The notes beneath the pieces are model-generated. The model searched no databases. It was given only the letters and a program-made list of their open reading frames with translations, and was not told where the DNA came from. From the NCBI GenBank assembly GCA_963665325.3, contig CAXXWS020000003.1, positions 192,001 through 256,000 on the forward strand: DNA of 64,000 nucleotides, given 5' to 3'. Shown piece by piece: positions 54,630 to 64,000 of this stretch. Both the position numbers and the translations under genes were made by a program. This DNA is from Alphaproteobacteria bacterium. Its GTDB lineage: Bacteria > Pseudomonadota > Alphaproteobacteria > Bin95. The stretch's first letter is position 1. Each line of letters starts with the position of its first letter.

Positions 54630-57095
54630 TCAGTCGACATCGAAAACGGCCTGCTTGAGCACGGTGGCGAGCTCCGCGACGGGGGCGGCCCAGTCGTCCA
54701 GGCGCTCCTGGCGGAACAGGCGCGAGGCCGGATACCAGGGGCTGTCGTCGCGGTCCGAGAGCCAGCGCCAGTGCGCCGGGCGGGTCAGCAGCACGGCCGC
54801 GGGCACGCCGAGCGCGCCGGCGACATGCACCGCCGGGCCGTCCGGGCCGATGACCATGTCGAGGGACGAGATCGCTGCCGCCAGTTCCGCGGCATCGGTG
54901 ATCCGGGTCGAGATGTCGGTGATGCCGGCACGGCTGCGGAGCGCCGCCAGCGTTCGCGAGCCGGCCTCGGTCTCCAGGCTGAAAAAGGCCGCGCCCTCGG
55001 TGTCGAACAGCGGCGCCATCGCCTCCAGAAGCGCGCGGTCGCCCCAGGCGACGCCGACCCGCAGCCTGGCCGGCCGGGCGAAGCGGGACCGCCAGTGGCG
55101 CGCCAGCATCTCGTTGGGCCGGATATAGGGGATGTTGGCGGGGATCGTCTCCAGCGTCGTGCGGAACAGGCGGGGCAGGGCCGCGGCCGGCAGCGTCACG
55201 GCCCCTTGCGGCCGGGCCTGCCCGGCGACGAGCACGCCGTCCACACCGTCCAGGCCGGCAATCAGGCGCTGGAGCCCCGGTCGTACCGCCGCCAGCACCC
55301 GCCCGGCGGACTCCAGCAGCGGTGCATAGCGCAGCAGCCAGATCGCCTCGATATCGTTGGCGACCGCGTCGATGATGACCTCCGCGCCCCTGACGGCCCG
55401 GAGCCCGGCCGGCGGCAGCGGCCCTGCGGGCAGCAGCGGCAGGCCCGCGTCGAAATCGCCCCGGCTCAGCAGCGCGGAGGCAAGCGCGGCCGCCGTGGCG
55501 CGATCGTCGGGCGCGAGGTCGTGGGCGTCGGTATAGACCTCCAGCGCCTCGTCGGCGCGGCCGAGCGCCTCCAACGCAGCGGCGTGCTGGAGGCGCGGCT
55601 CCGGGGAGGCCGGATCCAGGGTCACGGCGCGGGCCGCGATCCGCTCGCGGTCCCGGTGCGCGCCAATCCGCGCCAGCACCCCGGCGAAGGCGCTGTGGAC
55701 CCCGGCGTCGCCGGGCGCAGCGGCCACGGCGCGGTGCAGCGCACGGGCGGCGTCGTCAAGGCGGTCCTGGGCCAGCGCCAGATCGCCCAGCAGGCGGTGC
55801 ATCCGCGCGTCCCCGCGCCACGGGTGCCCGCCGGCGGCCAGCAGCGCCGCCGCGCGGCGCACCTGCCCCTCGGCAAGCGCGGCCTCGGCTGCGGCAAGCC
55901 GGTCCGCGTTCCGGGCAAGGCCGCGCTCGATCTCGCGCCGGACGATGGCGAGCGGCACGCTCCAGTCTCCGGCGCGCTCCTGCCGCACGAGGCGCATGGA
56001 GGGATACCACGGCGTGTCGCGCCGGGCTTGGAGCCAGCGCCAGTCGGGAGCGATGCCGAGCATCATCCAGCAGGGCCGGCCGAGCGTGCCCGCGAGATGG
56101 CCGATCGGATTGTCGTCGCTCACCACCATCTCGAACTCCTCGAGCACCGCGGCGGCAGCATCCAGCGCGAACGGCGCATCGGCCAGCGGCGTCATGCCTG
56201 GCACCGGCTCGAGGAAAGTGTAGAAGTGGGCACCGGCGAGATCGCGAAGCCCTTCCGGCCAGGGCTCGACGCCGCTCCAGGCGACCGCGATGCGCGGCGA
56301 GGGCGCTCCGGCCAGCGCCTCCTGCCAGTAGCGCCGCTGCCTGGGATTCACGTGCAGGCCGGCGGGCGGCGGCACGGTCGCCGGCGTCGTCTCGAACACG
56401 CGCGGCAGGTCGTCGAAACCGACCGTGAGGTCGTAGGGCGGGCGGTTCTCGCCCGGTGCAGCGAGCCAGAGCAGGCCGGGCAACTCCGACAGCAGTCCGG
56501 CGGCCGCCTCGCTGCAGGCAATGGCCGGCACGGCGCCCCGCGCGCGCAGCGCCGGCAGGTAGCGGGAGAACTGTACGGCGTCAACGTCGTTCTCGCCGGC
56601 GTCCACCAGCAGGGTTTCGCCGTCGAGGCGCCGTCCCTCCCAACGTGGCGGCCGGTAGCGGCTGGTATCGCCGGCAGTGTCTTCCAGCGCCCGCGCGCGC
56701 CCCCAGGCGGCCCAGCCTTCCGCATAGCGGCCGTTCAGAAGCAGCAGCGTGCCGTTCAACCAGTGAATGTCGATATCGCCCGGCGCCAGCTGGGCAGCGC
56801 GCGCGGCCGAAACCGATGCCTCGCCGGTCAAGCCGATCTGGCGCAGAACCAGTGCCAGTTCGCCCAGAATCCCCGCATCGGAGGGCCGCAGGTCCGCGGC
56901 CAAGCGCAAATGCCGGGCGGCCTCGTCCTGGCGGCCCTGTCCGTAATGCAGCCGTGCCAGGCCCAGATGGCCGTCGGCGCGGCCGGCCTCCATTTCCAGC
57001 ATCCGCTCATAGAGCGCCGCTGCACGCTCATGATCCCCGGCGGCAAGCAGCTCGGCGGCGTGCCGGACCGTTTCTTCAAGGGACGAGGCGTTCAT
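54630..57095 (-). CDS. TPR + glycosyltransferase (GT9-like) protein with two tandem modules
   Basis: TPRs, then HLAGTLGRP...DWRW...TPWYPSMRL; second module HVAGALGVP...WRW...SPWYPASRLFRQ. Confidence 0.85.
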   Translation of the reverse strand: MNASSLEETVRHAAELLAAGDHERAAALYERMLEMEAGRADGHLGLARLHYGQGRQDEAARHLRLAADLRPSDAGILGELALVLRQIGLTGEASVSAARAAQLAPGDIDIHWLNGTLLLLNGRYAEGWAAWGRARALEDTAGDTSRYRPPRWEGRRLDGETLLVDAGENDVDAVQFSRYLPALRARGAVPAIACSEAAAGLLSELPGLLWLAAPGENRPPYDLTVGFDDLPRVFETTPATVPPPAGLHVNPRQRRYWQEALAGAPSPRIAVAWSGVEPWPEGLRDLAGAHFYTFLEPVPGMTPLADAPFALDAAAAVLEEFEMVVSDDNPIGHLAGTLGRPCWMMLGIAPDWRWLQARRDTPWYPSMRLVRQERAGDWSVPLAIVRREIERGLARNADRLAAAEAALAEGQVRRAAALLAAGGHPWRGDARMHRLLGDLALAQDRLDDAARALHRAVAAAPGDAGVHSAFAGVLARIGAHRDRERIAARAVTLDPASPEPRLQHAAALEALGRADEALEVYTDAHDLAPDDRATAAALASALLSRGDFDAGLPLLPAGPLPPAGLRAVRGAEVIIDAVANDIEAIWLLRYAPLLESAGRVLAAVRPGLQRLIAGLDGVDGVLVAGQARPQGAVTLPAAALPRLFRTTLETIPANIPYIRPNEMLARHWRSRFARPARLRVGVAWGDRALLEAMAPLFDTEGAAFFSLETEAGSRTLAALRSRAGITDISTRITDAAELAAAISSLDMVIGPDGPAVHVAGALGVPAAVLLTRPAHWRWLSDRDDSPWYPASRLFRQERLDDWAAPVAELATVLKQAVFDVD

Positions 57096-57223
57096 GGAAC
57101 GCCCTCCGGCGTGGCTCCGGGGCGAAGAAAAGGCATAGAGTACCTACATAAAGTATCCGGGCTTGCGAGAAGGAACACAAGCATGAAACGGTCCGGCATA
57201 TCGGGCGGCGGAGAGGCAGACGG

Positions 57224-58651
57224 ATGACGGAAACGGTCCATGTGGATATCGCGGTGGTCGGCGGCGGTTCGGGCGGGCTCTCCGTGGCGGCCGGAGCCGC
57301 GCAGATGGGCGCCTCGGTGCTGCTGTTCGAGAAGGGCCGGATGGGCGGCGATTGCCTGAACTACGGCTGCGTGCCGTCCAAGGCCACCATCGCCGCCGCC
57401 CACGCCGCCTCGGCGTTCCGCAAAGCGGGCCGCTTCGGCATTGCCCCTGAGGCACCCAGAGTCGATGCCGCCGCGCTCCGCAGCCATGTGCAGGGCGTCA
57501 TCGCCGCCATCGCGCCGCATGACAGCGTCGAACGCTTCGAGGGCCTGGGCGTGCGCGTGGTCGAGGCGCCCGCCCGGTTCGTCGGCCGGCGGCTGCTCGA
57601 AGGCGGCGGCGTTCGCACAAAGGCCCGCTGGATCGTGCTGGCGACCGGGTCCGGGCCGGTGGTGCCGCCCGTTCCCGGCCTCGACCGTCTGCCGTTCCTC
57701 ACCAACGAAACCGTCTTTGACCTGGAGGAAACGCCGGCGCATCTGCTGGTGCTCGGCGGCGGTCCGGTCGGCATCGAGCTTGCCCAGGCGCACCGCCGGC
57801 TCGGCGCGGAGGTGACGGTGGTGCAGCGCGGGCCGATCCTGCCACGCGACGATGCCGACGCCGCCGCGCTCATCCGCGCGCGCCTCGTGGCGGAGGGCGT
57901 GCGGCTCTGCGAGCATGCGGCGGTGACCGAGGCGTCCGGCGGGCCCGGCAACATCGTCCTGCATTTCGAGGCGGATGGCCGCCGGGAGACCGCGCAAGGG
58001 ACGCATCTCCTGGTCGCGGCCGGGCGCCGTCCCGACCTCGCGGGCCTCGACCTCGACACCGGCGGCATCGCGTGGACGCCGGAAGGGGTCACGGTGGATG
58101 CGAGGCTGCGCTCGTCGGACAGGCGCGTGCTCGCGGTCGGCGATGTCGCAGGCGGGCTGCGCTTCACCCATGTCGCGGGCTACCACGCGGGCATTGCGAT
58201 CCGCAATGCGCTGTTCCGTATCCCCGCCAGGGCGGATACGACCGCCGCGCCCTGGGTGACCTATACGGATCCCGAGCTCGCCCATGTCGGCATGACCGGG
58301 GCGGAGGCGAAAGCGGCGTTCGGGAACAGGGCGCGGGTGTTGCGCCAGGAATTCGCCGAAAACGACCGCGCCCGGGCGGAGCGCGACACCGAGGGATTCA
58401 TCAAGGCGGTGGTCGGGCCGAGGGGGAGGGTGCTGGGCGCCACGATCGTCGGCCCCCATGCGGGGGAACTCATCCAGCCCTGGGTGCTGTCGGTGTCGCA
58501 GAAGCTCCGCATCGGAGCGCTGGCAGGCATGATCGCGCCTTATCCGACGCTCGGCGAGGTGTCGAAACGCGCCGCCGGCAGCTACTACACCGATGCGTTG
58601 TTCGGCCCTCGCACCCGCCGTCTGGTTCGCTTCCTGATGCGCTTTGCCTGA
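57224..58651 (+). CDS. Pyridine nucleotide-disulfide oxidoreductase (dihydrolipoamide dehydrogenase-like)
   Basis: GGGSGG, redox-active GGDCLNYGCVPSK, GGGPVGIE and PYPTLGE. Confidence 0.9.
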   Translation: MTETVHVDIAVVGGGSGGLSVAAGAAQMGASVLLFEKGRMGGDCLNYGCVPSKATIAAAHAASAFRKAGRFGIAPEAPRVDAAALRSHVQGVIAAIAPHDSVERFEGLGVRVVEAPARFVGRRLLEGGGVRTKARWIVLATGSGPVVPPVPGLDRLPFLTNETVFDLEETPAHLLVLGGGPVGIELAQAHRRLGAEVTVVQRGPILPRDDADAAALIRARLVAEGVRLCEHAAVTEASGGPGNIVLHFEADGRRETAQGTHLLVAAGRRPDLAGLDLDTGGIAWTPEGVTVDARLRSSDRRVLAVGDVAGGLRFTHVAGYHAGIAIRNALFRIPARADTTAAPWVTYTDPELAHVGMTGAEAKAAFGNRARVLRQEFAENDRARAERDTEGFIKAVVGPRGRVLGATIVGPHAGELIQPWVLSVSQKLRIGALAGMIAPYPTLGEVSKRAAGSYYTDALFGPRTRRLVRFLMRFA

Positions 58652-58690
58652 CCGGGCGCGACAAGACCGCCTGGATGCTCGACACGCATC

Positions 58691-59821
58691 TCAGATGAGC
58701 AGGTAGCGGATCACCGCGTCCAGCCGCTGCCGCCCGGAAGCGGTCGCCTGCAGGCGGTCCGGGCGATCGCATAGCAGCCCTTCATCGTGAAGATGCGCCA
58801 GCCGATGCATGTCGATGGCGGGCTCCAGCCCTTCTGCCGGGATGCCTTCCGCAAGCCGGAGGCCCGTCTGGATGCGCTCTTGCATCGCTTCGAGCGGCGT
58901 GAGCCGGCGGCGCTCCCGGACGGCGCGGCCCGCGCAGGCAGCTTCGGCCAGCCAGGGTTCCGGAGCGCGCCGCTCCTCCGTCGCGATACGCCCCTCGACC
59001 GTGTCGATGCGGCCGTGCGCGCCCGGCCCGACGCCGATCCACTCCCCGCCCCGCCAATAGACCAGGTTGTGCCGGCAGGCGGCGCCCGGCAGGGCGTGGT
59101 TCGAGATCTCGTAGGCAAGCAGGCCGGCGGCGACGAGGCGCTCCTGCGTGGTTTCGTAAAGCGCCGCCGCCTCGTCTTCATCGGGGACGCGGAATTCGCC
59201 CCTCGCAGCGCGCGGCGCAAACGCCGTGCCCGGTTCGATTGTGAGCTGGTAGAGGGACAAGTGCTCACCCGCGAGCGCGAGCGCCTCATCGAGGCGTGCG
59301 GCCCACTCGGCGGCGGTGTGGCCGGGCAGCGCATAGATGAGGTCGAAGGAGACGCGCGGGAAGCTGCGGTGCGCCAGTTCGAGAGCGGCGCGGGCGGCGC
59401 GCGCATCGTGGCGGCGGCCGAGAAAGGCGAGCTCGTCGTCCCGAAACGACTGGACGCCGAGCGAGAGCCGGTTGATGCCGGCTGCGGCGAAGTCACGAAA
59501 GCGCCCGGCCTCGACCGAGCCGGGATTGGCTTCGAGCGTTACTTCGAGACCGTCGGCGACAGGCCAGAGCGCGCGCACCCGCTCCAGCACCGCGCCGGCG
59601 GTTTCCGGCGCCATAAGCGAGGGTGTGCCGCCGCCGAAGAAGACGCTCCCGACCGTGCGCCCCGGCGTTTCGGCGGCCCAGCTCTCCAGCGAGCCCAGCA
59701 AGGCGGCGCGCCAGACCGCCTGGTCCACACGCTCGCGCACATGGCTGTTGAAGTCGCAATAGGGGCATTTGGACTCGCAGAACGGCCAATGCACATAGAC
59801 GGCGAAGCCCCGGTCGGTCAT
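58691..59821 (-). CDS. hemW: Radical SAM heme chaperone
   Basis: [19 protein letters not shown]; context rph-rdgB-hemW. Confidence 0.92.
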   Translation of the reverse strand: MTDRGFAVYVHWPFCESKCPYCDFNSHVRERVDQAVWRAALLGSLESWAAETPGRTVGSVFFGGGTPSLMAPETAGAVLERVRALWPVADGLEVTLEANPGSVEAGRFRDFAAAGINRLSLGVQSFRDDELAFLGRRHDARAARAALELAHRSFPRVSFDLIYALPGHTAAEWAARLDEALALAGEHLSLYQLTIEPGTAFAPRAARGEFRVPDEDEAAALYETTQERLVAAGLLAYEISNHALPGAACRHNLVYWRGGEWIGVGPGAHGRIDTVEGRIATEERRAPEPWLAEAACAGRAVRERRRLTPLEAMQERIQTGLRLAEGIPAEGLEPAIDMHRLAHLHDEGLLCDRPDRLQATASGRQRLDAVIRYLLI

Positions 59822-60408
59822 GGAAAACAGGCCGCAGCGAGCTTCTCGAAGGCCCGCGCCCGGTGACTGATGCGCGCCTTCGCTTTCGGGTCCATCTCGC
59901 CGAAGGTCTCGCCGTGGCCTTCCGGCACGAAGATCGGGTCGTAGCCGAAGCCCCGCTCCCCGCGCGGCGGCCAGACCAGCCGGCCCTCCACCCGGCCCTC
60001 GAAGGACTCGACATGCCCGTCCGGCCAGGCGAGCGCCAGCGCGGCGACGAAAGCGGCCTCGCGGAGCCGGTCTCCGAGGCGCTCATGCACAGTCGCCATT
60101 GCGCGTGAGAAATCCCGGTCGGGCCCGGCCCAGCGGGCGGAATAGATGCCGGGCGCGCCGTCGAGCGCGGCGACTGCAAGGCCGGAATCGTCCGCCAGCG
60201 CCGGCAGACCGGAGCGGGCGGCCGCATGCGCCTTGAGTTCGGCATTGGCGAGGAAGGTGTCGCCCGTTTCCTCCGGCTCCGGAAGGCCGAGCAAGGCCGC
60301 CGCCATGCCCTTGATGCCGTATGGCGCCAGCAATTCGGCGACCTCGCGAACCTTGCCGGCATTGTGGCTGGCGATGACGAGCCGCTTGCCGCCCAGGCGC
60401 CGGGTCAC
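59818..60408 (-). CDS. rdgB: Non-canonical purine NTP pyrophosphatase
   Basis: [21 protein letters not shown] and SHRARAF; GTG at 60408 overlaps the rph stop. Confidence 0.93.
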   Translation of the reverse strand: MTRRLGGKRLVIASHNAGKVREVAELLAPYGIKGMAAALLGLPEPEETGDTFLANAELKAHAAARSGLPALADDSGLAVAALDGAPGIYSARWAGPDRDFSRAMATVHERLGDRLREAAFVAALALAWPDGHVESFEGRVEGRLVWPPRGERGFGYDPIFVPEGHGETFGEMDPKAKARISHRARAFEKLAAACFP

Positions 60409-61133
60409 GGGGCGAGAGCGCGGCGCTGCGCCTCTGCGAGCCGGGCGCAGCCGGCCTCGGCGAGATCGAGCAGGGCGTCCAGCCGGGCGCGGGGAAAGGC
60501 CGTCTTCTCCGCCGTCGCCTGCACTTCGACCAGCGCGCCGGAGCCGGTCAGCACGAAATTCGCGTCCGCCTCCGCCGTACTGTCCTCGGCGTAGTCGAGA
60601 TCGAGAACCGGTTGGCCGCGCCAGAGCCCGCAGGAAATGGCGGCGACCGAATCCGCCAGCACCGGTTTCTTCACCGCGCCGATGCGCTGCAGGTGCCGGC
60701 AGGCGAGCGCCAGCGCCACATAGCCGCCTGTCACGGCAGCGGTGCGCGTGCCGCCATCGGCCTGCAGCACGTCGCAATCGATGCGGATCTGGATCTCGCC
60801 GAGCGCTTCCAGATCCGCGACCGCGCGCAGCGACCGGCCGATCAGGCGTTGGATCTCCTGCGTGCGTCCGCTCTGGCGCCCGCGCGCCGCCTCGCGGTCG
60901 GTGCGCTCATGGGTGGAACGCGGCAGCATGCCGTATTCGGCCGTGATCCAACCGCGCCCGCGCCCGCGCAGCCAGGGCGGAACGCGGGTTTCCACCGAGG
61001 CCGCGGCGAGCACGCGCGTTGCGCCAAAGCTCGCAAGGCAGGAGCCTTCCGCGTAGGGCGCCCAGCCGGGCTCCAGGAGGACGGCGCGGAGTTCGTCGGG
61101 GCGGCGTCCGGAGGGTCGGACGGTCTCTGTCAT
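60405..61133 (-). CDS. rph: Ribonuclease PH
   Basis: [27 protein letters not shown] and QADGGTRTA. Confidence 0.95.
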   Translation of the reverse strand: MTETVRPSGRRPDELRAVLLEPGWAPYAEGSCLASFGATRVLAAASVETRVPPWLRGRGRGWITAEYGMLPRSTHERTDREAARGRQSGRTQEIQRLIGRSLRAVADLEALGEIQIRIDCDVLQADGGTRTAAVTGGYVALALACRHLQRIGAVKKPVLADSVAAISCGLWRGQPVLDLDYAEDSTAEADANFVLTGSGALVEVQATAEKTAFPRARLDALLDLAEAGCARLAEAQRRALAP

Positions 61134-61168
61134 GGGCTCGCTACTCGCTTCCGGGGCCGGGCGCCCGG

Positions 61169-61196
61169 TTGACGCCTGCCCGGCGGGTTCCTAAAT
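61169..61196 (+). promoter_or_regulatory. Putative RpoH (sigma32) promoter for hrcA-grpE
   Basis: TTGA...CCTAAAT resembles the alphaproteobacterial RpoH consensus. Confidence 0.45.
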
Positions 61197-61229
61197 CGTC
61201 CGGGCACCGCTTGGAAGAGTCTTTGTTTC

Positions 61230-62297
61230 ATGGCCGGCTCGCCGGGACTTGCCGATCTCGACGAACGCTCGCGCGAGGTCTTCGGGTTGATCGTGGACGC
61301 CTGGATGGAGACGGGCGAGCCGGTCGGCTCGCGCACGCTCGCGCGCAAGCTCGACACGCCGCTCTCGCCCGCCACGATCCGCAATGTGATGGCGGACCTC
61401 CAGGAGCTGGGGCTCCTGTTCTCGCCGCACACCTCGGCCGGACGGCTGCCGACGGACGGGGGGCTCCGGCTATTCGTGGACGGCATCATGCAGACCGGCG
61501 GGCTGACCGACAGCGAATGCGCGGATATCGAGGCGCTTTGCGCCGGCACGGGCATCACCCTGGAGCAGAGTCTGGAGCGGGCGAGCCGGCTGCTGGCAGG
61601 CCTGACGCACCATGCTGGCCTGGTGGTGGCGCCGAAGCGGGCACAGCGGCTGAACCATATCGAGTTCGTGAATCTGGGCGAAGCGCGCGCGCTCGCCGTG
61701 ATGGTGGACGAATCCGGCCAGGTCGAGAACCGGATGGTGGCGCTGCCAGCGGGTCTGCCGGCCGATGCGCTGCAACGCGCCTCCAACTATCTCCAGTCCC
61801 GGCTTTCCGGGCGCTCGCTGGACGAGGCGCTGGCGGAGATCCGCACGGAGTTGGAGAATCGCCGCGCCGAGATCGACACACTGGCGCAGAGCGTGGTCGA
61901 GGCCGGGCTCGCGGTATGGGCGGGGGAACGCAGCCATGACGGCGGGCGGCTGATCGTCACGGGGCGCGCGCGGCTCCTGGACGATGTGCAGGCGGTCGAG
62001 GACCTGGAACGGCTGCGCGGCCTGTTCGACGCACTGGAGACGCGCGAGAACATCCTGCGCCTGGTGGAGGCGGCCCAGTCAGGCGAGGGGGTGCAGATCT
62101 TCATAGGGGCGGAAAACACGGTTTTCAGCCAGACGGGCATGTCCATGGTGGTCAGCCCCTACCGCGACGGGCAGGAGCGCGTCGTCGGCGCCATCGGCGT
62201 GCTGGGGCCGACCCGGCTGAATTATGCCCGCATCGTGCCGATGGTGGACTATACCGCACGGGTGATTGAACGAATGCTGGCTCCGGAACGGGGGTGA
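61230..62297 (+). CDS. hrcA: Heat-inducible transcription repressor
   Basis: GEPVGSRTL, SPATIRNVMADL, PHTSAGRLPT and GVLGPTRLNY. Confidence 0.95.
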   Translation: MAGSPGLADLDERSREVFGLIVDAWMETGEPVGSRTLARKLDTPLSPATIRNVMADLQELGLLFSPHTSAGRLPTDGGLRLFVDGIMQTGGLTDSECADIEALCAGTGITLEQSLERASRLLAGLTHHAGLVVAPKRAQRLNHIEFVNLGEARALAVMVDESGQVENRMVALPAGLPADALQRASNYLQSRLSGRSLDEALAEIRTELENRRAEIDTLAQSVVEAGLAVWAGERSHDGGRLIVTGRARLLDDVQAVEDLERLRGLFDALETRENILRLVEAAQSGEGVQIFIGAENTVFSQTGMSMVVSPYRDGQERVVGAIGVLGPTRLNYARIVPMVDYTARVIERMLAPERG

Positions 62298-62302
62298 GAG
62301 GA

Positions 62303-62950
62303 ATGGTGGACGGGGAACCGAAACCCGAAATGGAAGCGGAGCCGCCGGAAGCGGAGGCGGTGGCCGCCTCCGGCGACGGCGCGCCCGAGGAGGAAGCCGG
62401 GGCCGAGGCCGCCGGTCCGGAAGAGGTCGATCCGCTTGCCGAGCAGGCGGCGCGCATCGCCGAACTGGAGGTGGAGGCGCAGACGCTCAGGGACGAACGG
62501 CTGCGCGCGCTCGCCGAGGTGGAGAACATGCGCCGGCGCAGCGAGCGCGAGCGCCGGGAAGCGTCGCGTTACGGCGCCACTGCGCTGGCTCGCGACCTGC
62601 TGGGCATCGCGGACAATCTGCGCCGCGCGCTCGCCACCGGCGCGGCGGACGGGTTGCTGGAAGGGGTCGAGATGGTGGAGCGCGAACTCGGCGCCGCCTT
62701 CGCCCGCCACAATATCGCGCGTATCGAGGCCGAGGGAGAACGCTTCGACCACAATCGCCACCAGGCAATGTTCGAGATCGAAACCGCCGACGCCGAGGCC
62801 GGCACCGTCGTGCAGGTCGTCCAGGAAGGCTACCTCCTCCACGACCGCCTGCTGAGGCCGGCGATGGTGGGGGTGGCAAAGGCGCCAGCGGCGGCCGAGG
62901 AAGTTGCGCCGGCGAGCGGCGAGGAAACGGAAGCCAGCGACTCCGCTTGA
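62303..62950 (+). CDS. grpE: Nucleotide exchange factor
   Basis: LRALAEVENMRRR, FDHNRHQAM and GYLLHDRLLRPAMVGVAK. Confidence 0.95.
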   Translation: MVDGEPKPEMEAEPPEAEAVAASGDGAPEEEAGAEAAGPEEVDPLAEQAARIAELEVEAQTLRDERLRALAEVENMRRRSERERREASRYGATALARDLLGIADNLRRALATGAADGLLEGVEMVERELGAAFARHNIARIEAEGERFDHNRHQAMFEIETADAEAGTVVQVVQEGYLLHDRLLRPAMVGVAKAPAAAEEVAPASGEETEASDSA

Positions 62951-62992
62951 CCGGACACGGACAGGTATTTCGGCGGCGACGTGCCGCCGACG

Positions 62993-63580
62993 CTACCGCT
63001 TCATGAGGAATTGCATCAGGAATCCGACCGCTTTCGAAGCGTGAGACCGGAGTTCCGGCGGCAATTCTTCAACCGAAGACAGAACGATGTCGGCAGCCAC
63101 GTCGTTCAGGGCTTCCGCCTTGGAGAGCCGCCCATTGTCGTCGTAGTCGAAGTTCGCGATCACCGCATGCGACACCACCGGGCCGACCGTCGCAGTCCCG
63201 ACCACGACGACCGCCTCATTAGGTTCAGGGCGGCTTCCCTGCGGCCCGGCGGTCTGAAATTCCCGATAGTTCTCGGTATAGGCTTGATGAGCGGCCTTTC
63301 CGGATATGATGCGAAAAATCCTTGTGATCTCCGCGACGCTCAACTCCCCGTCTCCGGAGACGTCTGCGACATCCCAGAACCCGTTGATGCATGCAACCGG
63401 CCGATCACGGCCGTCGCAGACGTCGAGCAACGGCTGCAAATGGGCATCGAACAGACGCGCATGAAGTCCGGGACCGACCGGACCGCGCCTATCAGGATTG
63501 CCGCTCGATTGTCCCTGAGCGAAGCCGGCTGCAGCGACAAGGAACACTGCTGACAGAAAAGCGGAGACTGTCGTCTTCAT
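62993..63580 (-). CDS. Secreted protein with two EF-hand-like loops
   Basis: Signal peptide ending AGFA; DVSGDGELSVAE and DYDDNGRLSKAE. Confidence 0.7.
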   Translation of the reverse strand: MKTTVSAFLSAVFLVAAAGFAQGQSSGNPDRRGPVGPGLHARLFDAHLQPLLDVCDGRDRPVACINGFWDVADVSGDGELSVAEITRIFRIISGKAAHQAYTENYREFQTAGPQGSRPEPNEAVVVVGTATVGPVVSHAVIANFDYDDNGRLSKAEALNDVAADIVLSSVEELPPELRSHASKAVGFLMQFLMKR

Positions 63581-63632
63581 CGCACCCTCCTACCGATGTC
63601 GCGGGCGGTCCTGCGACCGCAAGGCTTCTTCC

Positions 63633-64000
63633 TCAAACGTAACGCCACTGGACCAGCGTATAGGGCGGCTCCGCCTCGTCGCGGTGCTCGAAGACGGCCT
63701 CGACCTCGGCACCGATGCGGACTTCCTGCATGGGATCGCCCAGCAGGTTGCCGACCATGCGCACATTGCCGGCCTCCGGCAGCTCCACCAGCACGACGAT
63801 ATAGGGGTCCCGGCCGCGCAGCGAGGGATGGACCGGGTGGTAGTTGCGCTCCCATGAGTAGATGCGGCCCTGACGGCCGGCCTCCGCCCAGCCGACATCG
63901 AACGACCGGCAGGCGTGGCAGCACCATTCCGGGCCCCACTGCCAGGCGCCGCAGGCTCCGCAGCGCTGCACCATGAGCCGCTCCTCGCGCGCCGCAGCCC
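63633..64000 (-). CDS. DUF35-type Zn-ribbon/OB-fold protein (5' end outside the window)
   Basis: QRCGACG...CHAC; GRIYSW; PYIVVLVEL; IGAEVEAVF. Confidence 0.85.
   Translation of the reverse strand, partial: AAAREERLMVQRCGACGAWQWGPEWCCHACRSFDVGWAEAGRQGRIYSWERNYHPVHPSLRGRDPYIVVLVELPEAGNVRMVGNLLGDPMQEVRIGAEVEAVFEHRDEAEPPYTLVQWRYV

Noticed and set aside
57224-58651. Mercuric reductase MerA
   Set aside because: No C-terminal Cys-Cys pair, no N-terminal metal-binding domain and no mer operon
61134-61229. CIRCE operator upstream of hrcA
   Set aside because: No TTAGCACTC-N9-GAGTGCTAA present

Overview
GC-rich alphaproteobacterial DNA (GcrA, divergent rph/hrcA-grpE, tRNA-CAT). A Rhodospirillales-like, possibly host- or sponge-associated source is only an inference from the giant Calx-beta/Ig adhesin. 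The first ~42.5 kb is accessory and decaying. It holds a soluble hybrid kinase ending in a DNA-binding domain, an IS21 that clips an ABC ATPase, and a MacAB-TolC-like exporter locus whose adaptor is fused to a PAS domain and surrounded by degraded paralogs. It also holds a ~5,800-aa autotransporter-like adhesin split by a previously unannotated 4,384-bp four-gene transposon (Zn-finger, DDE integrase, ExeA-like ATPase, RepA/AAA_25 helicase with iteron-like repeats), an orphan hydantoinase A, and an AT-rich SIR2-NB-ARC-TPR (NLR-like) defence gene split by an IS5. The rest is mostly core metabolism and housekeeping, with a small toxin-antitoxin/HNH graveyard, a micro-ORF that may export an 8-aa Cys-flanked peptide, and an orphan Csx19-like gene just after the tRNA. 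Family assignments come from motif recognition by eye, not database searches.
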